From Candidatus Lindowbacteria bacterium RIFCSPLOWO2_12_FULL_62_27 (GTDB lineage Bacteria; Lindowbacteria; 2-12-FULL-62-27), in assembly GCA_001784175.1 (NCBI GenBank), contig MFPR01000037.1, positions 23,959-87,958 on the forward strand: a DNA stretch of 64,000 bases, in the 5' to 3' direction. A program made the position numbers and the translations under genes. Below are positions 9,932 to 19,076 of the stretch, piece by piece. Below the pieces are notes generated by a model that did no database searches, was not told where the DNA came from, and was given only the letters and a program-made list of their open reading frames with translations. How positions within the stretch are numbered: position 1 is the first letter of the stretch; every line of letters begins with the position of its first letter.

Positions 9932-10703
9932 AGCCGGTCAGCTCTCGTCGAAGATCCTCGGGAACGGCCGACGCGTTGAAAAGGTCCACGCGCCGGCGGA
10001 TCGCCTCCGAGTTGAGACCCTTTTCCCTCAACAGGGTTCGCATGAGCGCAACGTTCGGGTCCGGCGCAAGGCCCCGGCAGCCGTCGCAACCGGCGCCGTA
10101 CGCCGGGCAGATGGCCCGGCATCCTCCGCGAACAACCGGTCCCATGCACGTGCCGCCCTTGTGGAAGAGGCAGATGTTTTCGCGAAGCTTGCACTCGAAG
10201 CAGACGGGAGCGGTCGGATCGGCCGGTTTCCGGCCCACGGCGAGAGCATAGAGGTAACGGACCAGTTCATCCTTGTCGACCGGACAGCCGTGCAGTGTGA
10301 AGTCGACCGGGACGACGGCCGAAACGGGCCGGACGTCCGACGTGTGGATCCAGGACGAGTACGGGCCGTACACGCGCTCCTTCGCCGCCTCGTTGCCCTG
10401 CCGGTTCTTGATCGCGTTCACGCCGCCAAGGTCCGCGCACGCGCCGAACGCCACCACCCGCCGGCTTCGCATCCGGATCGTCCGCACCGCCGACTCGTCG
10501 TGCGCGGTGGAAACCGATCCCTCCACGAACGCCACGTCCGCGTCCGCGTCCAGCTCGCCTCCCTCGTAGGAACTCGCCTCCCGGAACCGGACGATCTCGA
10601 CCTGCTGGAGGATATCCAGCAGCCGGTCCTCACATTCGAGAAACGCGAGCTGGCAGCCCTCACAACTCGTGAGGCTGTAAAACGCGACCCGAAGCTTGTT
10701 CAT
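9924..10703 (-). CDS. NiFe hydrogenase small (delta) subunit
   Basis: 259 aa, MNKLRVAFYSLTSCEGCQ... NuoB-like small-subunit N-terminus with further Cys clusters (GACADLGG, CPAYGAGCDGC). Confidence 0.85.
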   Translation of the reverse strand: MNKLRVAFYSLTSCEGCQLAFLECEDRLLDILQQVEIVRFREASSYEGGELDADADVAFVEGSVSTAHDESAVRTIRMRSRRVVAFGACADLGGVNAIKNRQGNEAAKERVYGPYSSWIHTSDVRPVSAVVPVDFTLHGCPVDKDELVRYLYALAVGRKPADPTAPVCFECKLRENICLFHKGGTCMGPVVRGGCRAICPAYGAGCDGCRGLAPDPNVALMRTLLREKGLNSEAIRRRVDLFNASAVPEDLRRELTGYA

Positions 10704-11536
10704 GAAACGGCCTCCGGGAGGGCGGCGAGCCGATCGTACCGGAAGACGGGGCCGTCGAGACAGACGTACACATCATTGATCTGGCAGTGACCGCATTTGC
10801 CCATGCCGCACTTCATGCGGCGCTCCAGCGACAGGTAGATCCGGTCGTCCGGAATGTGCCGTTGCTGGAGTTTGCGCATCACGAACCGGTACATGATGGG
10901 CGGGCCGCAGGCGACGACGACGGTCGAGGTCGGCCAGATCTCGATCTGGGGGATGAGGTTGGTGATGAGGCCCACACTGCCCGTCCATCCCTTCTTGGCG
11001 GTGTCGACCGTCGCCTCGATGTTGATTTTCCCCTCGTTTCGCCAGGCGTTGTATTCGTCGGCGAACAACAGCGTTTCGGGCGTTCGGGCGCCGATCAGAA
11101 GCGTCACCTTTTTGAAGCGGTCCCGGTAGTCGCAGATGTATTGGACAAGGGACCGGAGGGGCGCCAGCCCCAGTCCGCCCGCGATCATGAGCACGTCCTG
11201 GCCCATGCACTTCTCCAGCGGCGCCCCGCAGCCGAACGGCCCCCGGATGCCGACCCGCCCGCCCGCCTTGACCCGGTGCAGGGCCTCCGACACGTTCCCG
11301 GTCCGGCGGATGCACAGGTCGAATCCGCTGGTGCGCGTGAATGACGACGAAACGGAAATCGGCGCCTCGCCGATGCCCGGCAGCGACACCTGCACAAACT
11401 GGCCGGGCAAATGCCCCAGCGCGCGGTGCGGCAATATGAGATGGAACAGCCGTTCGGTGGCCGTCAACGGCCGAACCTCCGTCGCGGTCGCGATTTCCGG
11501 CCGGTAGTCTCCCTGGTCAGGCGGCGCGTCCGACAC
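10700..11536 (-). CDS. Hydrogenase gamma subunit (FAD/NAD(P)-binding oxidoreductase with a 2Fe-2S site)
   Basis: Ferredoxin-reductase-like body with the C-terminal motif CGMGKCGHCQ. I prefer GTG 11536 as start (GGAGG 9 nt upstream). The longer ATG 11644 version overlaps the beta gene by about 128 nt. Confidence 0.8.
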   Translation of the reverse strand: MSDAPPDQGDYRPEIATATEVRPLTATERLFHLILPHRALGHLPGQFVQVSLPGIGEAPISVSSSFTRTSGFDLCIRRTGNVSEALHRVKAGGRVGIRGPFGCGAPLEKCMGQDVLMIAGGLGLAPLRSLVQYICDYRDRFKKVTLLIGARTPETLLFADEYNAWRNEGKINIEATVDTAKKGWTGSVGLITNLIPQIEIWPTSTVVVACGPPIMYRFVMRKLQQRHIPDDRIYLSLERRMKCGMGKCGHCQINDVYVCLDGPVFRYDRLAALPEAVS

Positions 11537-12569
11537 CGGATCCCACCTCCTTCTGACATTGTTCGAAAACGTCGAGCGGGCTGATTTTCCCGAGGCACAC
11601 GTGCGGGCACCGGCCGCAGCCGACACAGAAAACCGGAAGGCCAAATCGCCGCGCGAGGTACGACCCCTGGCGCATCATGCGGTGGCGGATCCGCTCGGCC
11701 CGCCGGCCACGGAAATTCTCGCCGCCGGCGACCACGGCGAAATCCTTCAACAGGCAACTGTCCCAACTCCGGCAACGGTTGGCGGTTCGGCAGCCGTCCG
11801 ACATCTCGTCCCGCACGTCAAAACAAACGCAGGTCGGGCAGACGGCCGTGCAGGCGCCGCAGGAGAAGCAGCGTTCGGCCAGTTTCTCCCACATGCGGTG
11901 CGGGTAGATTTTCGGAAGGTCGGCCGCCAGTGTTTTCAGATTCAGCCGGCGGCCGGCGAAGGTCGTCTCGATCCCCCGCCGGACATGCTCATATTCGGCG
12001 CGCTGCCGGTCGGTCGGGACTTCGAACAGTCCCGTGTCATCGGCAAGCGCGCGGCCAGCGTCGCTCTGGACCGAGGTCCAGAAACCGCCTTCCATCGGAG
12101 TAAGATGCAGATCGAAGTGACCGTTCGGCCGAAACGTTTCCGTGCTGTCGCAAAAGGCTTCGGGCCGGCATTTCTTCAGACACGCAAGGCCCACGATGAA
12201 CGCGCCGGCGTTCGCCCGATGATACGCCGCGTCCGCCGGCGGCTCCCGCATGGCCTGATCGAGCCGCGCGAGGCCGTTGAGATCGCAGGGGTGAACGCCG
12301 AAGATCGCCGGCGGCGGATCGTCCGGCCGTACAGAGTCCGCTTCACCGGTTTGCAGGTCGACGCTTGCCAGAATCTCCGCCGTCGGCAGGAAGGCGTGTT
12401 TGGGCGGAAGGAGCGTCGTTGAATAGTCCATGCTGATGTCGCCGGCATCCACGACCTGCGCAAAAACGAACGCGCCCTCCTTTGCGGCCGGCGCCCACAG
12501 CCGGTATCTCTGCGACAGATACTCGGCCAGATCCTCAACCCGTTCCCCGGGCAGAAACTTTTCCTTCAT
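11517..12569 (-). CDS. Hydrogenase beta subunit (4Fe-4S protein)
   Basis: 350 aa with CFSCGACTAVCPTCVCFD and CVGCGRCPHVC cluster motifs. It is the first structural gene in the beta-gamma-delta-alpha order. Confidence 0.8.
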   Translation of the reverse strand: MKEKFLPGERVEDLAEYLSQRYRLWAPAAKEGAFVFAQVVDAGDISMDYSTTLLPPKHAFLPTAEILASVDLQTGEADSVRPDDPPPAIFGVHPCDLNGLARLDQAMREPPADAAYHRANAGAFIVGLACLKKCRPEAFCDSTETFRPNGHFDLHLTPMEGGFWTSVQSDAGRALADDTGLFEVPTDRQRAEYEHVRRGIETTFAGRRLNLKTLAADLPKIYPHRMWEKLAERCFSCGACTAVCPTCVCFDVRDEMSDGCRTANRCRSWDSCLLKDFAVVAGGENFRGRRAERIRHRMMRQGSYLARRFGLPVFCVGCGRCPHVCLGKISPLDVFEQCQKEVGSGVGRAA

Positions 12570-12595
12570 GGCTCACCTCACCCACCCGCCGATCT

Positions 12596-12844
12596 TCAGC
12601 GCGGACTGGACACGCGCCCCAGGATCGCCGCAAAATCCCCGGGGTCGGGCACTGCGTCGATCACTTCGATCCGGCCGTCCACCATCAACGTCGGGGTTTT
12701 CCAGACGCCCCGCGCGGCAATCTCGGCCGGATCGTCAATGCGCACCACCTCGTCCTGCAGACCCATCTGGCGTACCGCCAGCTCGATGTTCTGTGTAAAT
12801 TGCTCGCACCGTTTGCAGGCTCCGCCCAGCACTTCGATTTTCAT
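12596..12844 (-). CDS. Small thioredoxin-fold redox-active disulfide protein (MTH895-like)
   Basis: 82 aa, MKIEVLGGACKRCEQ... CxxC near the N-terminus and ...KTPTLMVDG. Confidence 0.75.
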   Translation of the reverse strand: MKIEVLGGACKRCEQFTQNIELAVRQMGLQDEVVRIDDPAEIAARGVWKTPTLMVDGRIEVIDAVPDPGDFAAILGRVSSPR

Positions 12845-12906
12845 CCTCGACCACTCCTCTCAGCGTGACGGTTGGATGTCCGACGGGCGTAACTTATTAC
12901 AGGCGC

Positions 12907-12922
12907 TGCAAATACCATTCCG
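12907..12922 (-). promoter_or_regulatory. Candidate sigma-54 (-24/-12) promoter upstream of the hydrogenase run
   Basis: Minus strand reads cGGAATGGTATTTGCA. GG and GC sit at the canonical spacing and 9 of 12 specified consensus positions of TGGCACG-N4-TTGCW match. It lies about 60 nt upstream of the ATG at 12844. Confidence 0.3.
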
Positions 12923-13176
12923 TGGTCCAATGATGGTCCGAAAAAAAACGAAGGGCAACAGGGTCAGGCTATTGAAAGGGGCCCGACGGGGACGAACACA
13001 GGCTTCTTGACCCGTCTTAAGACAGGCCGGTGACTTGAATCAATACAAATCGGAATCTCGGCCCGTCGCGGGCCTCTGGCCGACATGCTCCTCTAACTTG
13101 CGTGACTTCCAACACTAAGCCATCTTTTCAGGTTGCGGCGTCGCCGCGGCGCAGTTTGTGCATGAAGGAGGAATCT

Positions 13177-14280
13177 ATGCGTGTTCTCGTCGTCAATTTC
13201 GGAAGTTCCACGCTGAAGTATAAACTCTTTGAAATGCGCACGGAGAAAGTCCTGCTCGACGGTCACATCGAATTCAGTCGTGGAGGGCCGGTTCCGGCCG
13301 CCCGCCGCATGCTCCGGCACATTCGCGGCAAGTTTCCCCTGTCGACCCTATCCGCGGTCGGACACCGCGTCGTGCACGGCGGGCCGAAGTACGGCACCAG
13401 CGCGCTCATTACGGACGAGACCCTGGAGGACATCGCGGACTACGCTTCCTTCGCGCCGCTCCACAACCCGCCGGCCGCGCACGGCATCCGGCTCATGCAG
13501 CGGCTCCTTCCGAACGCCGACCACGTCGCCGTCTTCGACACCGGATTCCACCGCGACATGCCGCCCAAGGCCTATCTCTACGGGCTGCCCTACGATCTCG
13601 CGCTCAAACACGGCATCCGGCGATACGGGTTTCACGGCGCGTCTCACCAGTACGTCGCCCAGCGATGCGCCGTCCTGATGGGTCGGCCCCTTCGGAAAAT
13701 CAAGCTCATCACCTGTCACATCGGGTCCGGCACTTCCATCGCCGCCGTTTCGGGCGGCCGGTCGGTCGACACCTCGATGGGCATGAGCCCCCTCCAGGGC
13801 GTCATCATGGGTACGCGGTCCGGCACGATCGACCCGGCGATCGTCGAGTTTCTGATGGAAAAGGAGAAACTCGGATACCGGGCGATCATCGAACTTCTGA
13901 ACAAGCGAAGCGGACTCTTCGGCCTGTCCGGTCTTTCCGGAGACATCCGCGTGCTGGAGTCGGCGGCGAAAAGCGGCCATCGCCAGGCCCAAGTGGCCCT
14001 GGATGTCCATGCCTATCAAATCAAGAAATTCATCGGGTCCTATCTCATGGCGCTGAACGGCGCCGACGCCATCGTCTTCACCGCCGGCGTCGGCGAAAAC
14101 AGCGCGCGGCTCCGGGCCGATGTCGCGTCCAGCCTGGCCTTCGCGGGCGTTCGGCTCGATCCGCCGGCCAACGAAAAAGGCACAGGCGAGCGCCGCATCT
14201 CCACCGACCGGTCCAAAATCGCGCTCTGGGTGATCCCAACCAACGAGGAGCTGATGATCGCACGGGAAACGGTCCGCTGA
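13177..14280 (+). CDS. ackA: Acetate/propionate-family kinase
   Basis: MRVLVVNFGSSTLKYKLF..., FHGASHQY, GTRSGTIDP, TAGVGENS. Start trimmed to ATG 13177, preceded by GAAGGAGG. Confidence 0.9.
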   Translation: MRVLVVNFGSSTLKYKLFEMRTEKVLLDGHIEFSRGGPVPAARRMLRHIRGKFPLSTLSAVGHRVVHGGPKYGTSALITDETLEDIADYASFAPLHNPPAAHGIRLMQRLLPNADHVAVFDTGFHRDMPPKAYLYGLPYDLALKHGIRRYGFHGASHQYVAQRCAVLMGRPLRKIKLITCHIGSGTSIAAVSGGRSVDTSMGMSPLQGVIMGTRSGTIDPAIVEFLMEKEKLGYRAIIELLNKRSGLFGLSGLSGDIRVLESAAKSGHRQAQVALDVHAYQIKKFIGSYLMALNGADAIVFTAGVGENSARLRADVASSLAFAGVRLDPPANEKGTGERRISTDRSKIALWVIPTNEELMIARETVR

Positions 14281-14385
14281 CAGAAACTGTTAAAACATGT
14301 CCTGAATCGGAACAAATCGTCCGTGAGCCGATCCTGTCGCGTGGAGTAATATTCACTTGGCCGTCAGAAAATTACCGCTTTTTCT

Positions 14386-15552
14386 TTGATTCGCATGAGC
14401 GGCGGAACGTATTTCGCACTCCGTGGATGTATGTCGCCCGTGATGTCCGGTAAACCCTCGATCGAGTGGCACACCTGTCCCTTCACCGGCTTGCCGGTCG
14501 AAATGGCCGAGGTCCGGGCCGGAGGTCCAAAAGGCGTTTCCATTCGGTATCAGTGCCTGACGCGCGCCGAATCCTGCCGGCCGGATGTCTGTCCCCTGTA
14601 TCCGCCCGAGGGCGAGGAAATCGCGCGGGGCGGTCCCTATGAGCTGCCCTACCGGGCGGAGCGCGGATTTTGCAGCATTCTCATGTCGGCCCTGGGCGGG
14701 GACGGCGCCAACACGGCCGCGAAGCTTCTGTTTGAGGTCGCCCTCACCGAAATGGGACTCGACGGCGGGCTGGACGCCAAGTACGGCTCGGAGAAAACCG
14801 GTACGCCCACGGACGTTTCCATCCGGCTGACCGACACCGCCGCCCCCGTGCGGGCCAGCGGCCCCACGCGACGCCCCCACATCCTCGTCGTTTTTCATCC
14901 GCAACTTACCCGCTCTCTCGGCCTCTTGGAGGGCGTCCGGCCGGACGCGACGGTCATCGTCAACACGACCGGCTCGCCCGAGGAAGCCCGCGAGTTGCTG
15001 GAACTGCACAGCGGCACGGTCCGCGTGCTGGACGCGACGGGCATCGCGCGCCGCGCGAAGTCCCGGCTGAACATGCCGCTTTTGGCGGATCTTTGCCGCG
15101 TCATGGGATTTCCGGACGCGTCTTTGGAAGGCCCGATCTCCCGGAAATGGCCCCGGCAGGTCGAGGCCAATCTTGCGGCCTTTCGCGGGGCCCGCGAGGA
15201 GGTCCGGGCCGTCTATTTCCCCGCCGCCGGCCGGTTTCCGCTGCGGCCGCCGCGGTCGCTGGCGACCCGCGTCGGATACAACACCATGCTGAACGGCAGC
15301 GCCATCCGCGCTTCGGAGTTTCTTTCCGCCCCCAAACCCGGCAGCCGCCGGTCGCTTCTGGCGGCGCCGGCGTTCAATCGCGAAGCCTGCATCGACTGCG
15401 TCCTGTGCCTGACGGTCTGCCCCGACCCCGGCGCGCTTGTGTGGCGGGACGGGAAAATGGCCGGTGTCGATCCGGGCTACTGCAAGGCCTGCATGCGGTG
15501 CGTCACCGTCTGTCCGACGACAAAAAAAGGCAAGGCGCTCACAGCGCCATGA
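14386..15552 (+). CDS. 2-oxoacid:ferredoxin oxidoreductase gamma-delta fusion subunit
   Basis: Gamma-domain motif GGDGANTAAKLL and a C-terminal 2x4Fe-4S ferredoxin (CIDCVLCLTVCP...CKACMRCVTVCP). The start is uncertain (TTG 14386, ATG 14395 or later). A roughly 75-aa Cys-containing N-terminal extension precedes the gamma domain. Confidence 0.8.
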   Translation: MIRMSGGTYFALRGCMSPVMSGKPSIEWHTCPFTGLPVEMAEVRAGGPKGVSIRYQCLTRAESCRPDVCPLYPPEGEEIARGGPYELPYRAERGFCSILMSALGGDGANTAAKLLFEVALTEMGLDGGLDAKYGSEKTGTPTDVSIRLTDTAAPVRASGPTRRPHILVVFHPQLTRSLGLLEGVRPDATVIVNTTGSPEEARELLELHSGTVRVLDATGIARRAKSRLNMPLLADLCRVMGFPDASLEGPISRKWPRQVEANLAAFRGAREEVRAVYFPAAGRFPLRPPRSLATRVGYNTMLNGSAIRASEFLSAPKPGSRRSLLAAPAFNREACIDCVLCLTVCPDPGALVWRDGKMAGVDPGYCKACMRCVTVCPTTKKGKALTAP

Positions 15553-17795
15553 CCCGCGCAATTACCCCGGTCGGCGAAACGCCCGCGACGCAGTCGCCGT
15601 ACGTCTGCGACGGAAACCACGCCGCGGCGAAAGCGATCCTCCATGCCGGCTACGACGGCGAGGGCTATTATCCCATCACGCCGTCCAGCGACGTGGGCGA
15701 GGCGGTGAGCGAGGCGGTGGCGGCGGGCGAGACGGACATTGAATTTGTGATCGGCACGAGCGAGCTGGCGGTGGCGGGGATCGTGACCGGCATGAGCATC
15801 GCGGGCGGCCGGGCGGTCGACGTGACCAGCGCCAACGGCCTCTTGTTGAAAGCCGAACAGATGCCCGTCATCAGCGGATTGGGCCTGCCGGTCATCCTCA
15901 ACCTCTCGACCCGCGCGGTGTCGGGGCCTCTCAATATTAAAAACAGCCATGACGACCTCGTGCAGGCCCTGGGCTGGGGCTGGATCATCCTCTGTGCGCC
16001 GACCGTCCAGGCCATCTACGACATGAACTTCATCGCGCTCAAAATCGCCGAACGCGTGAACCTCCCGGCCATCGTCGCATACGACGGGTTCCACACGTCG
16101 CACGCCGTCCGAAAAATCAGCGTCTTCGCCGATCCCGCGCCCCTCCGCAAGTTTCTCGGCGCGCCGGCGCCCCGGCCCACGCTGCTTGATTTCGACGACC
16201 CCAAGACGTTCGGCCCCTATATGAACGACGACCTGATCAACAACAAGGTCCTGCTGGAGGAAAAAATGACAGAGGCGGCGCGGCGCCTGCCGGAAATCTT
16301 CGAGGAGTACCGGGCCCTGTCCGGCCGCGCCTACGGATGGCTTCAGCGTGAGGGCGACCCGGAGGCGAGGTCGATCCTGGTGGCGCTGAACAGCGCGGGC
16401 GAAACCGCGAAGCTGGGTCTTGAGCGGATGCGGTCGGCCCGCGAACCCGTAGGGCTCGTCATCCCGACGGTGCTGCGCCCCTTTCCGGAGAAGGCCTTTG
16501 TCGAAGCGCTCGAGGGCGCCCGCACGATCGTGGTGGCCGAACGCGTGTCTCAGTACGGCGCCGGCAATTTCCTCGCCAACGAAATCGGCGCGGCCCTTCA
16601 GCGCGCCGGCCACGGCGCCGATATCCTGCAGCGCACGTACGGTCTCGGCGGCATCACCTTCACGGAGGACGACTCGCTTCACCTCTTCGACCTCGCGCTG
16701 AAATTCCCCGACGTGCCGGAGGCGGAACGGCGCATCAAGGCCTACCACGGCGCGTGGCCCGGCAGAACAGATGGCAATGGGCAGAAGGGCGCGTTCTGTC
16801 CTTTGAAAGCGGAGGACCTGCGCATCGGCGCAAACGGCGGGTCCGACAAGATATCCCTCAAGGACATCGTCCGGATGCCGGACCGGATCGGCCAGCACAG
16901 CGCATGCCCCGGGTGCGGAATTTTCTCGAACTTGGGCCTGTTTTTACGCGCGATCGAAGGACATGTCGTCCTGATTTTCAATACCGGCTGCGGCATGGTC
17001 GTGACGACGGGGTTTCCCAACACGAGTTTCAAAGTCCCCTATTTCCACAACCTCTTTCACAACGGCGCCTCGACCGCGACCGGCGTCGTCACGATGATCG
17101 AGCGGTTCCGCCGGCAGGGGCGGCTGGACGCGGGGGAAGTGACGGTCATCGTCGTCACGGGAGACGGCGGAGACGACATCGGCATGGACCAGGTCATCGG
17201 CGCGGCCCTCCGGGACGATCCGTTCATCCTCCTCGAATATGACAACAAGGGATACATGAACACCGGCGGGCAGCTCTGCTACACCGGCATCAAGGGCCAG
17301 ATCAGCTCCAACGCCCGCGTCGGGCCGGCCCAGACCGGCAAGCGGACGCACCACAAGGACATCGTCGAAATTCTGCGCGGGACCCACGCGCACTACCTCT
17401 TTCAGGCCTCCGAAATCTTTCCGGTCGATTTTGTCCGCAAGGCCCGCAAGAGCCAGCGGTTCGTGCGGGAGGGCCATTTTGTGTTCGGAAAAGTGTTTTC
17501 GGTCTGCCCGCTCAACTGGGGCATGGAGGCGTCGACGGGCCCCGACGCGGCGCGGCTTGCGGTCGAGTCGTGTTTCTTTCCGCTTCTGGAAATCGAACAC
17601 GGCAAAACGAAAATCAACCATGATCCCGACGTGAAGAAAACCCGGGCGCCGATGAAGGACTTACTCGCCAAACTCGGCGGCGCGTTCCGGCATCTCGCCT
17701 CGGACGCGCACTCGGGCCTGTGCGCCGAAATCCAGACCGAGGTCGACCGCCGATGGGCCCGGCTCAAGGCGATGCACGAGAGCGCGCTCTTGTAA
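15549..17795 (+). CDS. 2-oxoacid:ferredoxin oxidoreductase alpha-beta fusion subunit
   Basis: Alpha motif GYYPITPSSD at the N-terminus. Beta (TPP) motifs CPGCGIFS and VVTGDGGDDIGMDQ are in the C-terminal half. Start trimmed to ATG 15549 (ATGA overlap with the upstream stop). Confidence 0.85.
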   Translation: MTRAITPVGETPATQSPYVCDGNHAAAKAILHAGYDGEGYYPITPSSDVGEAVSEAVAAGETDIEFVIGTSELAVAGIVTGMSIAGGRAVDVTSANGLLLKAEQMPVISGLGLPVILNLSTRAVSGPLNIKNSHDDLVQALGWGWIILCAPTVQAIYDMNFIALKIAERVNLPAIVAYDGFHTSHAVRKISVFADPAPLRKFLGAPAPRPTLLDFDDPKTFGPYMNDDLINNKVLLEEKMTEAARRLPEIFEEYRALSGRAYGWLQREGDPEARSILVALNSAGETAKLGLERMRSAREPVGLVIPTVLRPFPEKAFVEALEGARTIVVAERVSQYGAGNFLANEIGAALQRAGHGADILQRTYGLGGITFTEDDSLHLFDLALKFPDVPEAERRIKAYHGAWPGRTDGNGQKGAFCPLKAEDLRIGANGGSDKISLKDIVRMPDRIGQHSACPGCGIFSNLGLFLRAIEGHVVLIFNTGCGMVVTTGFPNTSFKVPYFHNLFHNGASTATGVVTMIERFRRQGRLDAGEVTVIVVTGDGGDDIGMDQVIGAALRDDPFILLEYDNKGYMNTGGQLCYTGIKGQISSNARVGPAQTGKRTHHKDIVEILRGTHAHYLFQASEIFPVDFVRKARKSQRFVREGHFVFGKVFSVCPLNWGMEASTGPDAARLAVESCFFPLLEIEHGKTKINHDPDVKKTRAPMKDLLAKLGGAFRHLASDAHSGLCAEIQTEVDRRWARLKAMHESALL

Positions 17796-18922
17796 TGACG
17801 CCGGCGGAGGCCGTGACTGCCACACGCCTGCGGGCCGCCCGGCATCTCTTCTATGAAACGTCCCATGGGCCGGCCCTCGCGGACCTCGTCGGCCCCGATC
17901 AGGCCGGGGACATTCTCGATTTCTGCTTCGCCGCCAATCCCTACTATCCGACGCCTGATATGCTGGCCGACCTGCAGGCGCAACTGCCGGCGCTCATCAA
18001 GTCCTACCCGTCCTGCGATCCGAACATCAGCCGGCGGCCTCTGGCCGCGTTTCTCGGCGCCGACCCGGATCGTCTCCTGATCGGCAACGGCGCCTCTGAA
18101 ATCGTCTCGGCCGCCTGCCGGTCCCTCGCCCGGTCCATCGGGATCGCCGTGCCGGCCTTCGGCGAGTACCTGCAGAAACTGCGGTCCGCGCGCGCGGCCA
18201 AACTCTACAGGCTCCGGGCCGACCAATCCTACCGCCTGAATCTTGCGGCCTTCCTGGCCTGGATCCGGAGCAACCGTCTCAAGGCGGCGCTGGTGATCAA
18301 TCCGGCCAATCCTTCCGGGCAGTTTTCTCCGCTCGAGGATATGCGGGCCTTTCTGACATCGGCCCAGGACCTCGACCTTGTGATCGTGGACGAATCCTTC
18401 ATCGATTTCGCGGGCGATCCGGCCCCCAGCCTCCTCACCTGCGCCGCCGACTTTCCGAACGTTCTCGTCGTGCGAAGCATGAGCAAGCCCTTAGGCGCCG
18501 CCGGACTTCGGCTGGGCTGCGGTTACTCATCGAACCGCGAGCTCCTGGACTCGATCCGGAAGGCCCTTCCGGCGTGGAACATGAGCGCGATCGCCGAGTA
18601 CTTCCTGTCGCTCCTCCCCGCGACCGCCGGGGACTACGAGCGGGCGAGAAAGGCGGTGATCGAGGACGCGCAGCGGCTCTTCGAGGGACTGTGCGGCATC
18701 CCGGGCCTCACGCCGTATCCGACCGGCGCCAATTTTGTCCTCGGCCGCATCGACGCCGGCATGGGCGCAACGGAACTTCGGGACCGGCTGCTGCGCGAGC
18801 ACAACATGTACGTCCTCGATTGCGCCAACAAGGTCGGCATGGACGGCCGGCACGTGCGTATCGCATCGCAGGGCCGAGACAAGGACCGGTTATTGACCGA
18901 CGCCCTCAAACGAATCTGCTGA
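17795..18922 (+). CDS. Class I/II PLP-dependent aminotransferase (HisC/CobD-like)
   Basis: LDFCFAANPYYP, INPANPSG and SMSKPLGAAGLRLG (PLP-lysine region). Start ATG 17795 overlaps the upstream stop (TAATG). Confidence 0.8.
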   Translation: MTPAEAVTATRLRAARHLFYETSHGPALADLVGPDQAGDILDFCFAANPYYPTPDMLADLQAQLPALIKSYPSCDPNISRRPLAAFLGADPDRLLIGNGASEIVSAACRSLARSIGIAVPAFGEYLQKLRSARAAKLYRLRADQSYRLNLAAFLAWIRSNRLKAALVINPANPSGQFSPLEDMRAFLTSAQDLDLVIVDESFIDFAGDPAPSLLTCAADFPNVLVVRSMSKPLGAAGLRLGCGYSSNRELLDSIRKALPAWNMSAIAEYFLSLLPATAGDYERARKAVIEDAQRLFEGLCGIPGLTPYPTGANFVLGRIDAGMGATELRDRLLREHNMYVLDCANKVGMDGRHVRIASQGRDKDRLLTDALKRIC

Positions 18923-19076
18923 TCCCCGCCCTGTAACGATTTAGGACACTTTTTGCCGTTCACCGCCACGCCCCGAATCTCAACCGAATACGGTCAATCA
19001 TTTCATATTCTAAGAAATGCGAGCCTTTTTACGCGGAGATTTCACATGGTGCGGTTATTGCATGGTGCATTTCATC

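Noticed and set aside
12845-13176. Possible sRNA or riboswitch in the 332-nt divergent intergenic region. It contains a direct TGGTCC repeat, the 10-nt palindrome GTCTTAAGAC and an A8 tract.
   Set aside because: I recognised no riboswitch fold or terminator-bounded unit. The features are short and compatible with ordinary divergent promoter and operator DNA.
14353-15561. 402-aa minus-strand ORF. Similar long antisense ORFs occur at 15477-16898 (-), 32514-34505 (+), 40474-42765 (-), 53495-54817 (-), 58882-60627 (-), 34835-35944 (-) and 42..45 kb (-).
   Set aside because: The translations are Arg/Pro/Gly/Ala-rich low-complexity strings with no family motifs. Each lies antisense to an ORF with strong, recognisable signatures. 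This is typical open antisense frame in high-GC DNA.
18943-18957. Sigma-54-like sequence tAGGACACTTTTTGCc upstream of the radical SAM cluster.
   Set aside because: GG and GC are separated by 9 nt, not the required 10. Sigma-54 promoters do not normally tolerate this spacing change.
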